Positions 9,738 through 17,863 of a stretch of 64,000 nucleotides of DNA are shown here, piece after piece. This stretch comes from Candidatus Saccharimonadota bacterium (GTDB lineage Bacteria > Patescibacteriota > Saccharimonadia > Saccharimonadales > Saccharimonadaceae). Location: contig JACPYF010000010.1 of the NCBI GenBank assembly GCA_016196195.1, positions 4,110-68,109 on the forward strand. The letters run 5' to 3'. The notes beneath the pieces are model-generated. The model was not told the origin of the DNA, searched no databases, and saw nothing but the letters and a program-made list of their open reading frames with translations. A program made the position numbers and the translations under genes. How positions within the stretch are numbered: position 1 is the first letter of the stretch; the number at the start of each line of letters is the position of its first letter.

Positions 9738-11378
9738 TTAACTGGTTTGTTGACCGGGTATTTTGAACTGATCTGGGACTTTTGCGGGTGCCGGGACTGT
9801 TTGTGGCGGTGGAATAGTACCGATTGATTGGCTCTCAGTACCGTCTGTAGATGCTGGGGGTAGCGGTGGCAGACTAGAAAAATCTGGTAACGGCGGCGGT
9901 GGAACTGGCGGCAAGCTTGCCGAGGCGGCCTTGTGGGCGCCAACACCGGCTTCAATATCTGCCAGGGTGTTCACTTTTGGTTCATTGTTAGTAACCTGAA
10001 TGTCCATAACTGTGGGCGCAGCAGAGGGTTCGGGGATAGGTGATTCCTCGTACGAAATATCCGGTATAACAGTCTTGCCTTTAGCCGATGGAGCGCCGTC
10101 GTGGCTCAAAATAGTCTTGTTACGATTTAACTCTTCTTCCTGTTTTCGCTTGTCAGAAACATCTTGCGCGGTAGAGTTGATAACTCCGCCCATGCTAGGC
10201 TCTTCTAGATTTGGATCGCCCCATGCTCCGGCTGGCTTGCTATGTCCAATAACAGGTAAGGGGGTCATGTGCCTCTGGGTTTTTGCGGTATCACTAGCTG
10301 AAGCTAATTCTTCGTGCAATGATTCGGTCGACTTGTCCTCAGATGTAGCACCAAGCTTTTCTAGGGCAACGTCCAAGGCTTCTTCGCCGGCATTTTGCTT
10401 GTTTAGTTTGTCGTGCTCTTCGATAGTAGAGGCCTGAACTGCTGGTAACTGAGGGCCATCCTGAGTATCTGTTTTTTGACCGTGTTCAATCTGTATTTGG
10501 CCTAACGCTTCGCCTTCTTTTGCTTCTACGTCAGACCTAATCTTACCTGATTTTCCTTCGTCTAGTTTGACCGAACCATCAGGCTGAGTAGTGCCGCTAA
10601 CGGAGATTTCCGATGCGCTTTCTAGCTTTGAAGCAATCAGCTGCTGGTTGGCTCCGGCTGCCATCAACTGGGCAGCAACAGTCATCGATTTGCTACTAGT
10701 TTGATTGTTAGAGAATCGATCAGTTGCAGCAACGATACCAGTCAGCAGGGCGGTTGCTATTTGTTCGTCCAGCAGCCCGCCTTTTAGTGATTCAGCGAGT
10801 GTTACTAGCATCTCACATAAACTACTGGCATTTTCATCGCGCCAGTCAATAGAACCCAGGTTACTAGTTTTGTTCTGGGCATTCATGGTGACCACAGTTG
10901 CATCATGCAATATTTTGCCGTGTGCGGCGATTGCTTCGTCTAATACGTCTTGGTTCTCAACACCTAGGGCTAGCACCAATTCGACATTGAAGTCACCGTG
11001 CGTGAACTCTAAATCTTCTTGTGAAATATTGGTTCTATATGGGGTGATAAAGATTCGCACAACGTCACCCTCGACTTTGTAGCGCAATCGATCGGCCTTT
11101 TCTTTGTCGATCGCAATTATGAAATCTCGCAGTGAATCAACATTATTTTCCAGAGTTTTGCCGGGTTCTAAGAACTCAATTGCCGGCGGGATACCACCAG
11201 AGAAAACAGCCGTAGCGTGTTTGTCTAGCTTGTTTAGCAGTAGGGTCAACCCAAGGGCCGCAGATAGCTCATCGACAGTAGGGTTCTTGCTAACTGTTAC
11301 CAATATGTTAGAGACTTCCTTTATACGTTCGGAAATCTGTTGCTTGGCGTCAGGGGAGCTTTTGTCTTTTTGGTCCAT
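9738..11378 (-). CDS. hypothetical protein: degenerate DHH/NrnA-like N-terminal domain plus long proline-rich disordered tail
   Basis: NILVTVSKNPTVDELSAALGLTLLL parallels the DHH motif region (H..PDGDA.GS..AL) but lacks the His/Asp ligands. The C-terminal half is low complexity (PPVPPPPLPDFSSLPPLPP). Confidence 0.45.
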   Translation of the reverse strand: MDQKDKSSPDAKQQISERIKEVSNILVTVSKNPTVDELSAALGLTLLLNKLDKHATAVFSGGIPPAIEFLEPGKTLENNVDSLRDFIIAIDKEKADRLRYKVEGDVVRIFITPYRTNISQEDLEFTHGDFNVELVLALGVENQDVLDEAIAAHGKILHDATVVTMNAQNKTSNLGSIDWRDENASSLCEMLVTLAESLKGGLLDEQIATALLTGIVAATDRFSNNQTSSKSMTVAAQLMAAGANQQLIASKLESASEISVSGTTQPDGSVKLDEGKSGKIRSDVEAKEGEALGQIQIEHGQKTDTQDGPQLPAVQASTIEEHDKLNKQNAGEEALDVALEKLGATSEDKSTESLHEELASASDTAKTQRHMTPLPVIGHSKPAGAWGDPNLEEPSMGGVINSTAQDVSDKRKQEEELNRNKTILSHDGAPSAKGKTVIPDISYEESPIPEPSAAPTVMDIQVTNNEPKVNTLADIEAGVGAHKAASASLPPVPPPPLPDFSSLPPLPPASTDGTESQSIGTIPPPQTVPAPAKVPDQFKIPGQQTS

Positions 11379-11491
11379 TTTTGGTGATTTTTATTTTTTA
11401 CAATATATCACCTTAAACTTTAGCATGAACGTTTTCAAATCGTCAACTGTTATTTCTTCTTTCATCTTCTATATTCAAAATAATATCCTCT

Positions 11492-11511
11492 CACACTTTT
11501 TAAAAAGTGTG
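11492..11511. repeat. perfect 20-bp palindrome CACACTTTTTAAAAAGTGTG in a divergent intergenic region
   Basis: Read directly from the sequence. The left half is the exact reverse complement of the right half. Confidence 0.9.
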
Positions 11512-11543
11512 TCAAAACCTTTGAGCTGACTCCAAAAAACGAT

Positions 11544-11633
11544 GAAAAGATAACCTCCTGCCTCTTAGTATCCTGCGGAACTCACTACGTTCAAACATCC
11601 TCGGATAGCTAGGAAACAGGAGGTTATCTTTTC
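11544..11633. other. approximately 90-nt extended hairpin (17-bp perfect stem GAAAAGATAACCTCCTG / CAGGAGGTTATCTTTTC); function unknown
   Basis: The arms at 11544-11560 and 11617-11633 are exact reverse complements. Interior segments (TATCC...GGATA) extend the pairing. Confidence 0.7.
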
Positions 11634-11706
11634 TCGGTTTTGTCATACGCTCGCTAATCGCAATTAGCTACAGGAAACACTTAGTATTTCGGTTACAATA
11701 GGATAA

Positions 11707-12363
11707 ATGATAGAAGATGGAATAATTCTAATAGACAAACCTGCGAATATGAGCAGTTTTGGCGTTGTGGCGAGAGTCCGCCGGCAGTTAAGCCAGCACT
11801 ATGGCCACAAAATGAAAGTCGGCCACACTGGCACGCTCGACCCTTTCGCAACAGGCTTGATGATCTTGGTTATCGGCAAGGAATGCAAAAAAGCAGATAA
11901 ATACTCTAAATTGGATAAAACATATGAGGCAACTATAGCTCTGGGTAGTAGTAGCTCAACCGGCGATCCAGAAGGCGAGATAACAAGTGTTTCGGATAAA
12001 AAAGTTGCTCAGGCAGAAATTGAGCAAGTAATGACACAATTTATTGGAGAAATAACCCAAACCCCACCAATCTTTAGTGCCATCAAAATTGACGGTCAGC
12101 GGGCTTACAAGCTAGCCCGGCAGGGTAAAAAAGTCGATATGCCTGAGAGGAAAGTCACAATTGATAGCCTAGAAATAGTTGATTACAGCTATCCAAACTT
12201 AAAGGTTCGAACGCATGTCAGCAGCGGTACTTATATCCGCACTTTAGCTCAAGATATCGGTGAAAAACTTGGCACAGGCGCCTACTGTAGCCAGCTAAAA
12301 CGAACGTCTATTGGGGAATATAAACTAAATAATGCCGATTTAACCAGTTTCGAGCTAACCTAA
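11707..12363 (+). CDS. truB: tRNA pseudouridine-55 synthase TruB (no PUA domain)
   Basis: GIILIDKPANMSSF, catalytic KVGHTGTLDPFATGLMIL, QTPPIFSAIKIDGQRAY. Confidence 0.92.
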   Translation: MIEDGIILIDKPANMSSFGVVARVRRQLSQHYGHKMKVGHTGTLDPFATGLMILVIGKECKKADKYSKLDKTYEATIALGSSSSTGDPEGEITSVSDKKVAQAEIEQVMTQFIGEITQTPPIFSAIKIDGQRAYKLARQGKKVDMPERKVTIDSLEIVDYSYPNLKVRTHVSSGTYIRTLAQDIGEKLGTGAYCSQLKRTSIGEYKLNNADLTSFELT

Positions 12364-12366
12364 CAC

Positions 12367-12395
12367 TTGCGAAGCCAGCCCAGTTCTGCTATAGT
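12367..12395 (+). promoter_or_regulatory. sigma-70-like promoter for rpsO (TTGCGA-17-TGCTATAGT)
   Basis: -35 TTGCGA at 12367-12372, 17-nt spacer, extended -10 TGCTATAGT ending at 12395. The ATG lies 9 nt further on and no SD is present. Confidence 0.5.
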
Positions 12396-12404
12396 CATAC
12401 CCTA

Positions 12405-12671
12405 ATGATTACCAAAGACAACAAATCTAAAGCAATTAAATCTACTCAGACTCATCCTGGCGACGTAGGTTCACCAAACGCACAGGTCGCTGTGTTAACT
12501 GCTCGTATAAAAGAAATTACCGAGCATCTACAGACTAACAAAAAAGATCACATGGCCCGCCGTGGCTTGATCCAAATGGTTGGTCAGCGCAAGCGTCTAC
12601 TAAAATACGTCGAACGAAAAGATTTCGAAGGCTACCGCAAGTTAGTCGCAACTCTCGGTCTACGCAAATAA
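12405..12671 (+). CDS. rpsO: 30S ribosomal protein S15
   Basis: GDVGSPNAQVAVLTARIKEITEHL...KDHMARRGLIQMVGQRKRLLKY. Confidence 0.95.
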   Translation: MITKDNKSKAIKSTQTHPGDVGSPNAQVAVLTARIKEITEHLQTNKKDHMARRGLIQMVGQRKRLLKYVERKDFEGYRKLVATLGLRK

Positions 12672-12793
12672 TTGTGCTACAATTAATCTGTTATTAAACG
12701 CACTGCGAGCGCGTCGTAAGTGGTGGATGTTGATTTAGTCTTAGAACAACACCCGTTACTTATCGCGAAATGTGCGAGAAGGAGTAAAGACAT

Positions 12794-14908
12794 ATGTCTA
12801 CTATCAACCCATTTGGGAAGGAACTTGTTGTTGTCGAGCGTGAGCTCTGCGGCAAACCACTAAAATTAGAAGTAAACCGCGTTGGCTTTCGAACTAGCGC
12901 TAGCGTACTAGTAACCTACGGTGAAACTGTAGTGCTAGGTACTGCTATGGTTGGTCGCGAGCCAGCCAGCAATATGGATTATTTTCCGCTGTCTGTCGAC
13001 TATGAAGAAAAAATGTATGCAGCTGGCAAAATCAGTGGCAGCCGTTTCATCAAGCGTGAAGGTCGACCTAGCGACGAAGCTATTTTGATCGGACGTATAA
13101 TTGATCGTCCTATCCGTCCACTGTTTCCAAAAGGCTACCGCCAACAGGTACAAGTTGTATCTAGCGTGCTTTCTATGGATCCAAATTTCCGTCCTGACAT
13201 GGTTGCGATGATTGCTGCTTCAACAGCGCTGAGTCTAACCGGCACTCCGTTTGACGGTCCAATCGCAGGCCTACGCGTCACGCAAATTAACGGCGAGTTC
13301 AAAGCTTTCGCAACTCCCGAAGAACTAAAAACAAACGATCTTGATTTGGTTGTAGCTGGTAAAGAACAGGCTATTACTATGGTAGAAGCCGGCGCAAACG
13401 AAGTCAGTGAGGAAACTATTGTTGAAGCCCTAGCTTGGGCACACAAGGCTATGCAGCCTGCAATTGAAGCTCAAAAAGAGCTAGTCGAAAAGATCGCACC
13501 AGAAAAGCTAGAATACGAGCTAATCTTGCCCGACGAAGCTGTACAAAAGACTGTTGATGGTTGGGTAGAAGGCAAATTTGGTACAAATCTGCACTCTCCG
13601 TATCCAGAACGAAACGAACTAATAAATAATTTGCGCAATTCTTTTCATGAAGACATGGAAGCTGAACACGGCGAAGATTACCCAGACTTGCACCGCGAAT
13701 ATGACGAAGCTTTCACGCGTGCCCTGCATGAAGACGTCCGCAAACATATTGTCGATAGCCAAACTCGGCCAGACGGTCGAAAGCTAGACGAAATCCGTCA
13801 GCTCAGTAGCGAAGTGGGCGTATTGCCACGAACTCACGGTTCTAGTATCTTTACGCGCGGCATGACACAGGGACTGAACGTAGTGACGTTAGCACCACTC
13901 AGCTACGCACAAATTGTTGACACTATGGAAGTATCAGACGGCGAACGTCGTTACATGCACCACTACAATGCACCTGGCTACACAGTTGGCGAAGTAAAAC
14001 GACTAATGTCTGCCGGCCGACGTGAAATTGGCCATGGCTACCTGGCGGAACGTGCTGTTAGTGCAGTACTACCTAGCGAGGAAGATTTTCCATATGCAAT
14101 TCGTTCTGTGACCGAGATTATGAGCCAGAACGGTTCAACCTCTATGGCTGCAACATGTTCCTCAGTCCTCGCATTACTAGATGCTGGTGTACCTTTGAAA
14201 CGACCTGTTAGCGGCATCGCAATGGGACTGATGATGGACGGTGACAAACCATACGTACTATCAGACATCGCCGACGCAGAAGATTTTGCAGGTGATATGG
14301 ATTTCAAGGTAACCGGTACTGAAAAAGGCGTCACAGCCTTACAGATGGACATGAAAGTCCACGGTCTGCCCGTAGAAATTTTGGCTGAAGCTTTGGCTAA
14401 AGGTAAAGTTGGCCGAGCCAAAATACTGGAACACATGATCGAGACTATTGCCGAACCACGCGAAAAACTCAGCCCATATGCACCACGTATCGAAAAGATC
14501 GTTATCAATCCAGAAAAGATCGGTGCAATCATCGGCAAAGGTGGTGAGATGATCAACAAGATTACATCTGAAACTGGTGCCGAGATCGATATCAAAGACA
14601 GCGGCTTGATCACAGTCGCGGCTGTCGACGGTGAATCTATCGAAAAAGCTCTAGAATGGATCAAAGCTCTAACAGTTGAGCCGGAAGTTGGCACAATTTA
14701 CGAGGGAACAGTAGTGACCATCAAAGACTTCGGTGCATTTGTGAACATCATGCCTGGTATTGATGGCATGGTGCATATCTCACAAATCGCTGATCACCGC
14801 GTAGAAAAAGTCGAAGACGAGCTAAAAGAAGGCCAGAAGGTCAAAGTGAAGCTCAATGCTATCGACGACAAAGGCCGCCTCAGCCTCTCTATAAAAGACG
14901 CTAAATAG
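12794..14908 (+). CDS. pnp: polynucleotide phosphorylase
   Basis: Two RNase PH domains, a KH domain (IGAIIGKGGEMINKI) and an S1 domain (GTVVTIKDFGAFVNI). GAAGGAG lies upstream. rpsO-pnp synteny. Confidence 0.96.
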   Translation: MSTINPFGKELVVVERELCGKPLKLEVNRVGFRTSASVLVTYGETVVLGTAMVGREPASNMDYFPLSVDYEEKMYAAGKISGSRFIKREGRPSDEAILIGRIIDRPIRPLFPKGYRQQVQVVSSVLSMDPNFRPDMVAMIAASTALSLTGTPFDGPIAGLRVTQINGEFKAFATPEELKTNDLDLVVAGKEQAITMVEAGANEVSEETIVEALAWAHKAMQPAIEAQKELVEKIAPEKLEYELILPDEAVQKTVDGWVEGKFGTNLHSPYPERNELINNLRNSFHEDMEAEHGEDYPDLHREYDEAFTRALHEDVRKHIVDSQTRPDGRKLDEIRQLSSEVGVLPRTHGSSIFTRGMTQGLNVVTLAPLSYAQIVDTMEVSDGERRYMHHYNAPGYTVGEVKRLMSAGRREIGHGYLAERAVSAVLPSEEDFPYAIRSVTEIMSQNGSTSMAATCSSVLALLDAGVPLKRPVSGIAMGLMMDGDKPYVLSDIADAEDFAGDMDFKVTGTEKGVTALQMDMKVHGLPVEILAEALAKGKVGRAKILEHMIETIAEPREKLSPYAPRIEKIVINPEKIGAIIGKGGEMINKITSETGAEIDIKDSGLITVAAVDGESIEKALEWIKALTVEPEVGTIYEGTVVTIKDFGAFVNIMPGIDGMVHISQIADHRVEKVEDELKEGQKVKVKLNAIDDKGRLSLSIKDAK

Positions 14909-15018
14909 TTCACCGGAACTTGCAATTTGAACACATTTTTGCTACTATGTAGTTACTTTAGTAATTCTCTTGTATATCAAACACCGTTTAAGGAAATCGG
15001 TCCACCAAAACGTATAGG

Positions 15019-15612
15019 ATGACTCAAGACAAAAAGCTACGTCTCAAGCAAATTGCAGCAGATATAAAACAGAACAATGTCTGCCCGGATTTGGCTGTGA
15101 CAGCCACGAACCTAGTACTGGGTGACGGTAACTCAAACGCTGATATTGTATTTATCGGTGAAGCACCGGGTAAAAACGAAGATTTGCGGGGCCTGCCATT
15201 TGTAGGAGCTGCTGGTAAGTTTTTAAACGAAATGCTAGCGAGTATCGGACTCGACCGTGACGACGTGTACATAACAAACATTGTTAAATACCGCCCGCCA
15301 AACAACCGAGATCCATTACCGGAGGAAAAGGAGGCTTTTTGGCCGTACTTAGTACAACAAATTGAAGTGATCGAACCAAAAGTAATAGTCACATTGGGCC
15401 GACACAGTATGGAATACTTTTTACCCGATCAAAAGATCAGCCAGATCCATGGCGAACCAAAGCGCATAAGTTTTGGCGAGAAAAAAGTTGTCATTTTACC
15501 CCTGTATCATCCAGCTGCAGCACTATATAACCGCGGCATGCGTCAGACGCTGATAGAAGATTTTGGCAAGATTCCAGCAATTATAAAGAAAATTAATCAA
15601 GATAAATCCTAA
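15019..15612 (+). CDS. uracil-DNA glycosylase, family 4
   Basis: GEAPGKNEDLRGLPFVGAAGKFLNEML and HPAAALYN motifs. Confidence 0.88.
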   Translation: MTQDKKLRLKQIAADIKQNNVCPDLAVTATNLVLGDGNSNADIVFIGEAPGKNEDLRGLPFVGAAGKFLNEMLASIGLDRDDVYITNIVKYRPPNNRDPLPEEKEAFWPYLVQQIEVIEPKVIVTLGRHSMEYFLPDQKISQIHGEPKRISFGEKKVVILPLYHPAAALYNRGMRQTLIEDFGKIPAIIKKINQDKS

Positions 15613-15631
15613 CGAAAGGATAATAAAAATT

Positions 15632-17782
15632 ATGGGCGGAAGAAAATTACAAAACCCCCAAGGTGACGACCTATCAAAACGTAACAACAATAATAACCAA
15701 AAACGACGTGAGCAGAACACAGTTCTAGCTAAAACTCAGACTCGTCGCGGTGAAGTACAACGTGCCTCACGGCGAATGAGCGACAACGTCAACAAGCAGT
15801 CAGCACAGCACATCATCAACGTGCCAGTGAACAAATCTGTATTTAACGGATACGACGGCCAGCAATTTAGTCTCAGTGGCCAAAAGCGTCAGCCACGCGA
15901 CAACAGCGGCGGCAAAAAGCTCAAGATTATACCAGTAGGTGGCTTGGGTGAAATGAGCATCGGCAAAAACATGATGGCGATCGAATACGATAACGAAATT
16001 GTTGTTATCGATATGGGATTCTTGTTCCCGGGTGGTGACTATCCAGGTATCAACTATATTGTGCCGGATATCTCGTACCTAGAGGACAACAAGCACAAAA
16101 TCAAAGCACATGTCTTTACGCACGGTCACCTAGACCACATTGGCGCAACGCGACATTTGATCCACCGCATACCTGCACCGGTATATGGTACAAAGTTCAC
16201 ACTAGGCATGATCGCAAAGAACATGGACGAAGCAACCAGTGGTTTTTCACCTGAATATCACGAAATGAACCCCGAGTCACATGACCGAATACAGCTTAGC
16301 GAACACTTTAGCGTAGAGCTAGTCCGCGTTAACCACTCAATTCCTGATTCTGCAGCTGTCGTTATCCGTACGCCACTGGGTGTCATCATCGACACAGGTG
16401 ACTGGCGTTTCGAAGACGAACCAGTTGATGGTAAAAAGTTTGACCTTGAACGTCTAACTGAAATTGCCACCAAAGAAGGCGTATTGATGCTACTAAACGA
16501 GTCTACCAACTGTGAATCAGAAGGTACTCATACGCATAGCGAACAAGATATCCAGCAGTCATTTGGTCAGGTTATGGAGAAGTATCAAAACAACCGACTA
16601 ATCATCAGTTGTTTCTCATCTCAAATTCACCGTATACAATTATTGCTCAACGAGGCCAAAAAGCACGATCGCAAGGTCGCATTTGCCGGCTATAGCATGA
16701 TCCAAAACCTAGAGCTTTCTATAAAGACCGGCATCATTACTATTCCAAAAGACGTAGTGGTCAAGATGGAAGATCTAGTCCGCATGCCTGATGGCAAAGT
16801 AACTATTATATGTACTGGTTCTCAGGGTGAATTCAACGCCGTGCTTAACCGTATGGCTAGTGGTTCACACAAACACATCAAGATCAAAAACAGTGACGTT
16901 ATCGTATTTAGCTCAAACCCAATCCCAGGTAATGAAAAATACGTAGTTCGTACAGTTGACGGTCTGATGCGTGAAGGCAGTGATGTTATCCAAAACAGCA
17001 AATCACACCTAACTGGTGTTGGCCCGCTGCACCTTAGTGGTCACGGCTACTACGACGATCACGTAAAATTGATCAACGCATTGAACCCAACTTATTACAT
17101 GCCGATTCACGGTGAGTTCCACATGTTGGTTCACAACGCCGAGCTAGCCGAACAAGAATGTGGCATACCACGTGCAAATATATTTGTATCTGACAGTGGT
17201 GATATTATCGAAATCGACAGCGATAAAAAAGCCAAAAAAGCCGGACGAATCCAGGTCGGTGGAATCATGTATGACGACAGCGGAGCAGAAGTTTCCGAAG
17301 TTGTATTGAAGGATCGTATTCACATGGCAAACGAAGGTATGTTTGTAGTAGTACTGACTATCTCGCGCCGTGGCGGACGACTACTAACCAGCCCTGACAT
17401 CATCTCGCGTGGTTTTATATACCTACGTGATAGTGAAGAGCTAATGGGCAAGATTCGACAATACATCAAGCAAAAGGTATCGCGCAGCTTTAACGGCCGC
17501 AAAGTTGACCTAGATGTTTTCAAGAAAGAAATTCGCGATGAAATCACACACATTTTGTATGATGAAACGCGCCGAACTCCGATTGTGATTCCTGTGATCA
17601 ACGAGATCAATGGCGACTCACCATCTCAGAAGCAACCGAACCAAAACCGACCTCAGCCAAATCGTCCGCAGCAACCAACCGGGCCAGCAGTACCGAAAGG
17701 ACCCACTATTAGTAGTGAAGTGCCGCCTGCGAACAACGAACGTCTGAGCGTCCACAACCAACCTGAAGTCTACGAACCGTAA
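15632..17782 (+). CDS. rnj: ribonuclease J with basic N-terminal and Pro/Gln-rich C-terminal extensions
   Basis: Metallo-beta-lactamase HGHLDHIG, beta-CASP region and C-terminal domain. Flanking low-complexity extensions (NNNNNQKRREQ; QPNQNRPQPNRPQQP). Confidence 0.9.
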   Translation: MGGRKLQNPQGDDLSKRNNNNNQKRREQNTVLAKTQTRRGEVQRASRRMSDNVNKQSAQHIINVPVNKSVFNGYDGQQFSLSGQKRQPRDNSGGKKLKIIPVGGLGEMSIGKNMMAIEYDNEIVVIDMGFLFPGGDYPGINYIVPDISYLEDNKHKIKAHVFTHGHLDHIGATRHLIHRIPAPVYGTKFTLGMIAKNMDEATSGFSPEYHEMNPESHDRIQLSEHFSVELVRVNHSIPDSAAVVIRTPLGVIIDTGDWRFEDEPVDGKKFDLERLTEIATKEGVLMLLNESTNCESEGTHTHSEQDIQQSFGQVMEKYQNNRLIISCFSSQIHRIQLLLNEAKKHDRKVAFAGYSMIQNLELSIKTGIITIPKDVVVKMEDLVRMPDGKVTIICTGSQGEFNAVLNRMASGSHKHIKIKNSDVIVFSSNPIPGNEKYVVRTVDGLMREGSDVIQNSKSHLTGVGPLHLSGHGYYDDHVKLINALNPTYYMPIHGEFHMLVHNAELAEQECGIPRANIFVSDSGDIIEIDSDKKAKKAGRIQVGGIMYDDSGAEVSEVVLKDRIHMANEGMFVVVLTISRRGGRLLTSPDIISRGFIYLRDSEELMGKIRQYIKQKVSRSFNGRKVDLDVFKKEIRDEITHILYDETRRTPIVIPVINEINGDSPSQKQPNQNRPQPNRPQQPTGPAVPKGPTISSEVPPANNERLSVHNQPEVYEP

Positions 17783-17863
17783 GACCAAACTAAGCATTTG
17801 CTTTTTGTAGTGTTTTTTGCTACAATATAGTTATACAAATCAGCGTATAATGTATTAACAGGT

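Noticed and set aside
11544-11633. SRP (4.5S) RNA as the identity of the long hairpins at 11544-11633 and 47020-47132
   Set aside because: Both have the right size and shape. Neither contains the conserved helix-8 motifs (GGAA/GNRA tetraloop closed by the AGCAGC/AGG asymmetric loops) seen in E. coli or Bacillus SRP RNA.
14038-14694. Long antisense ORFs opposite conserved genes (for example 14038-14694 in pnp, 3083-3598 in rpoD, 20970-21398 in ssb, 19930-20391 in ftsK, 10000-10437, 27306-27743)
   Set aside because: They lie entirely inside strongly supported genes on the other strand, have Ser/Cys/Leu-rich shadow-frame composition, and carry no recognisable motifs.
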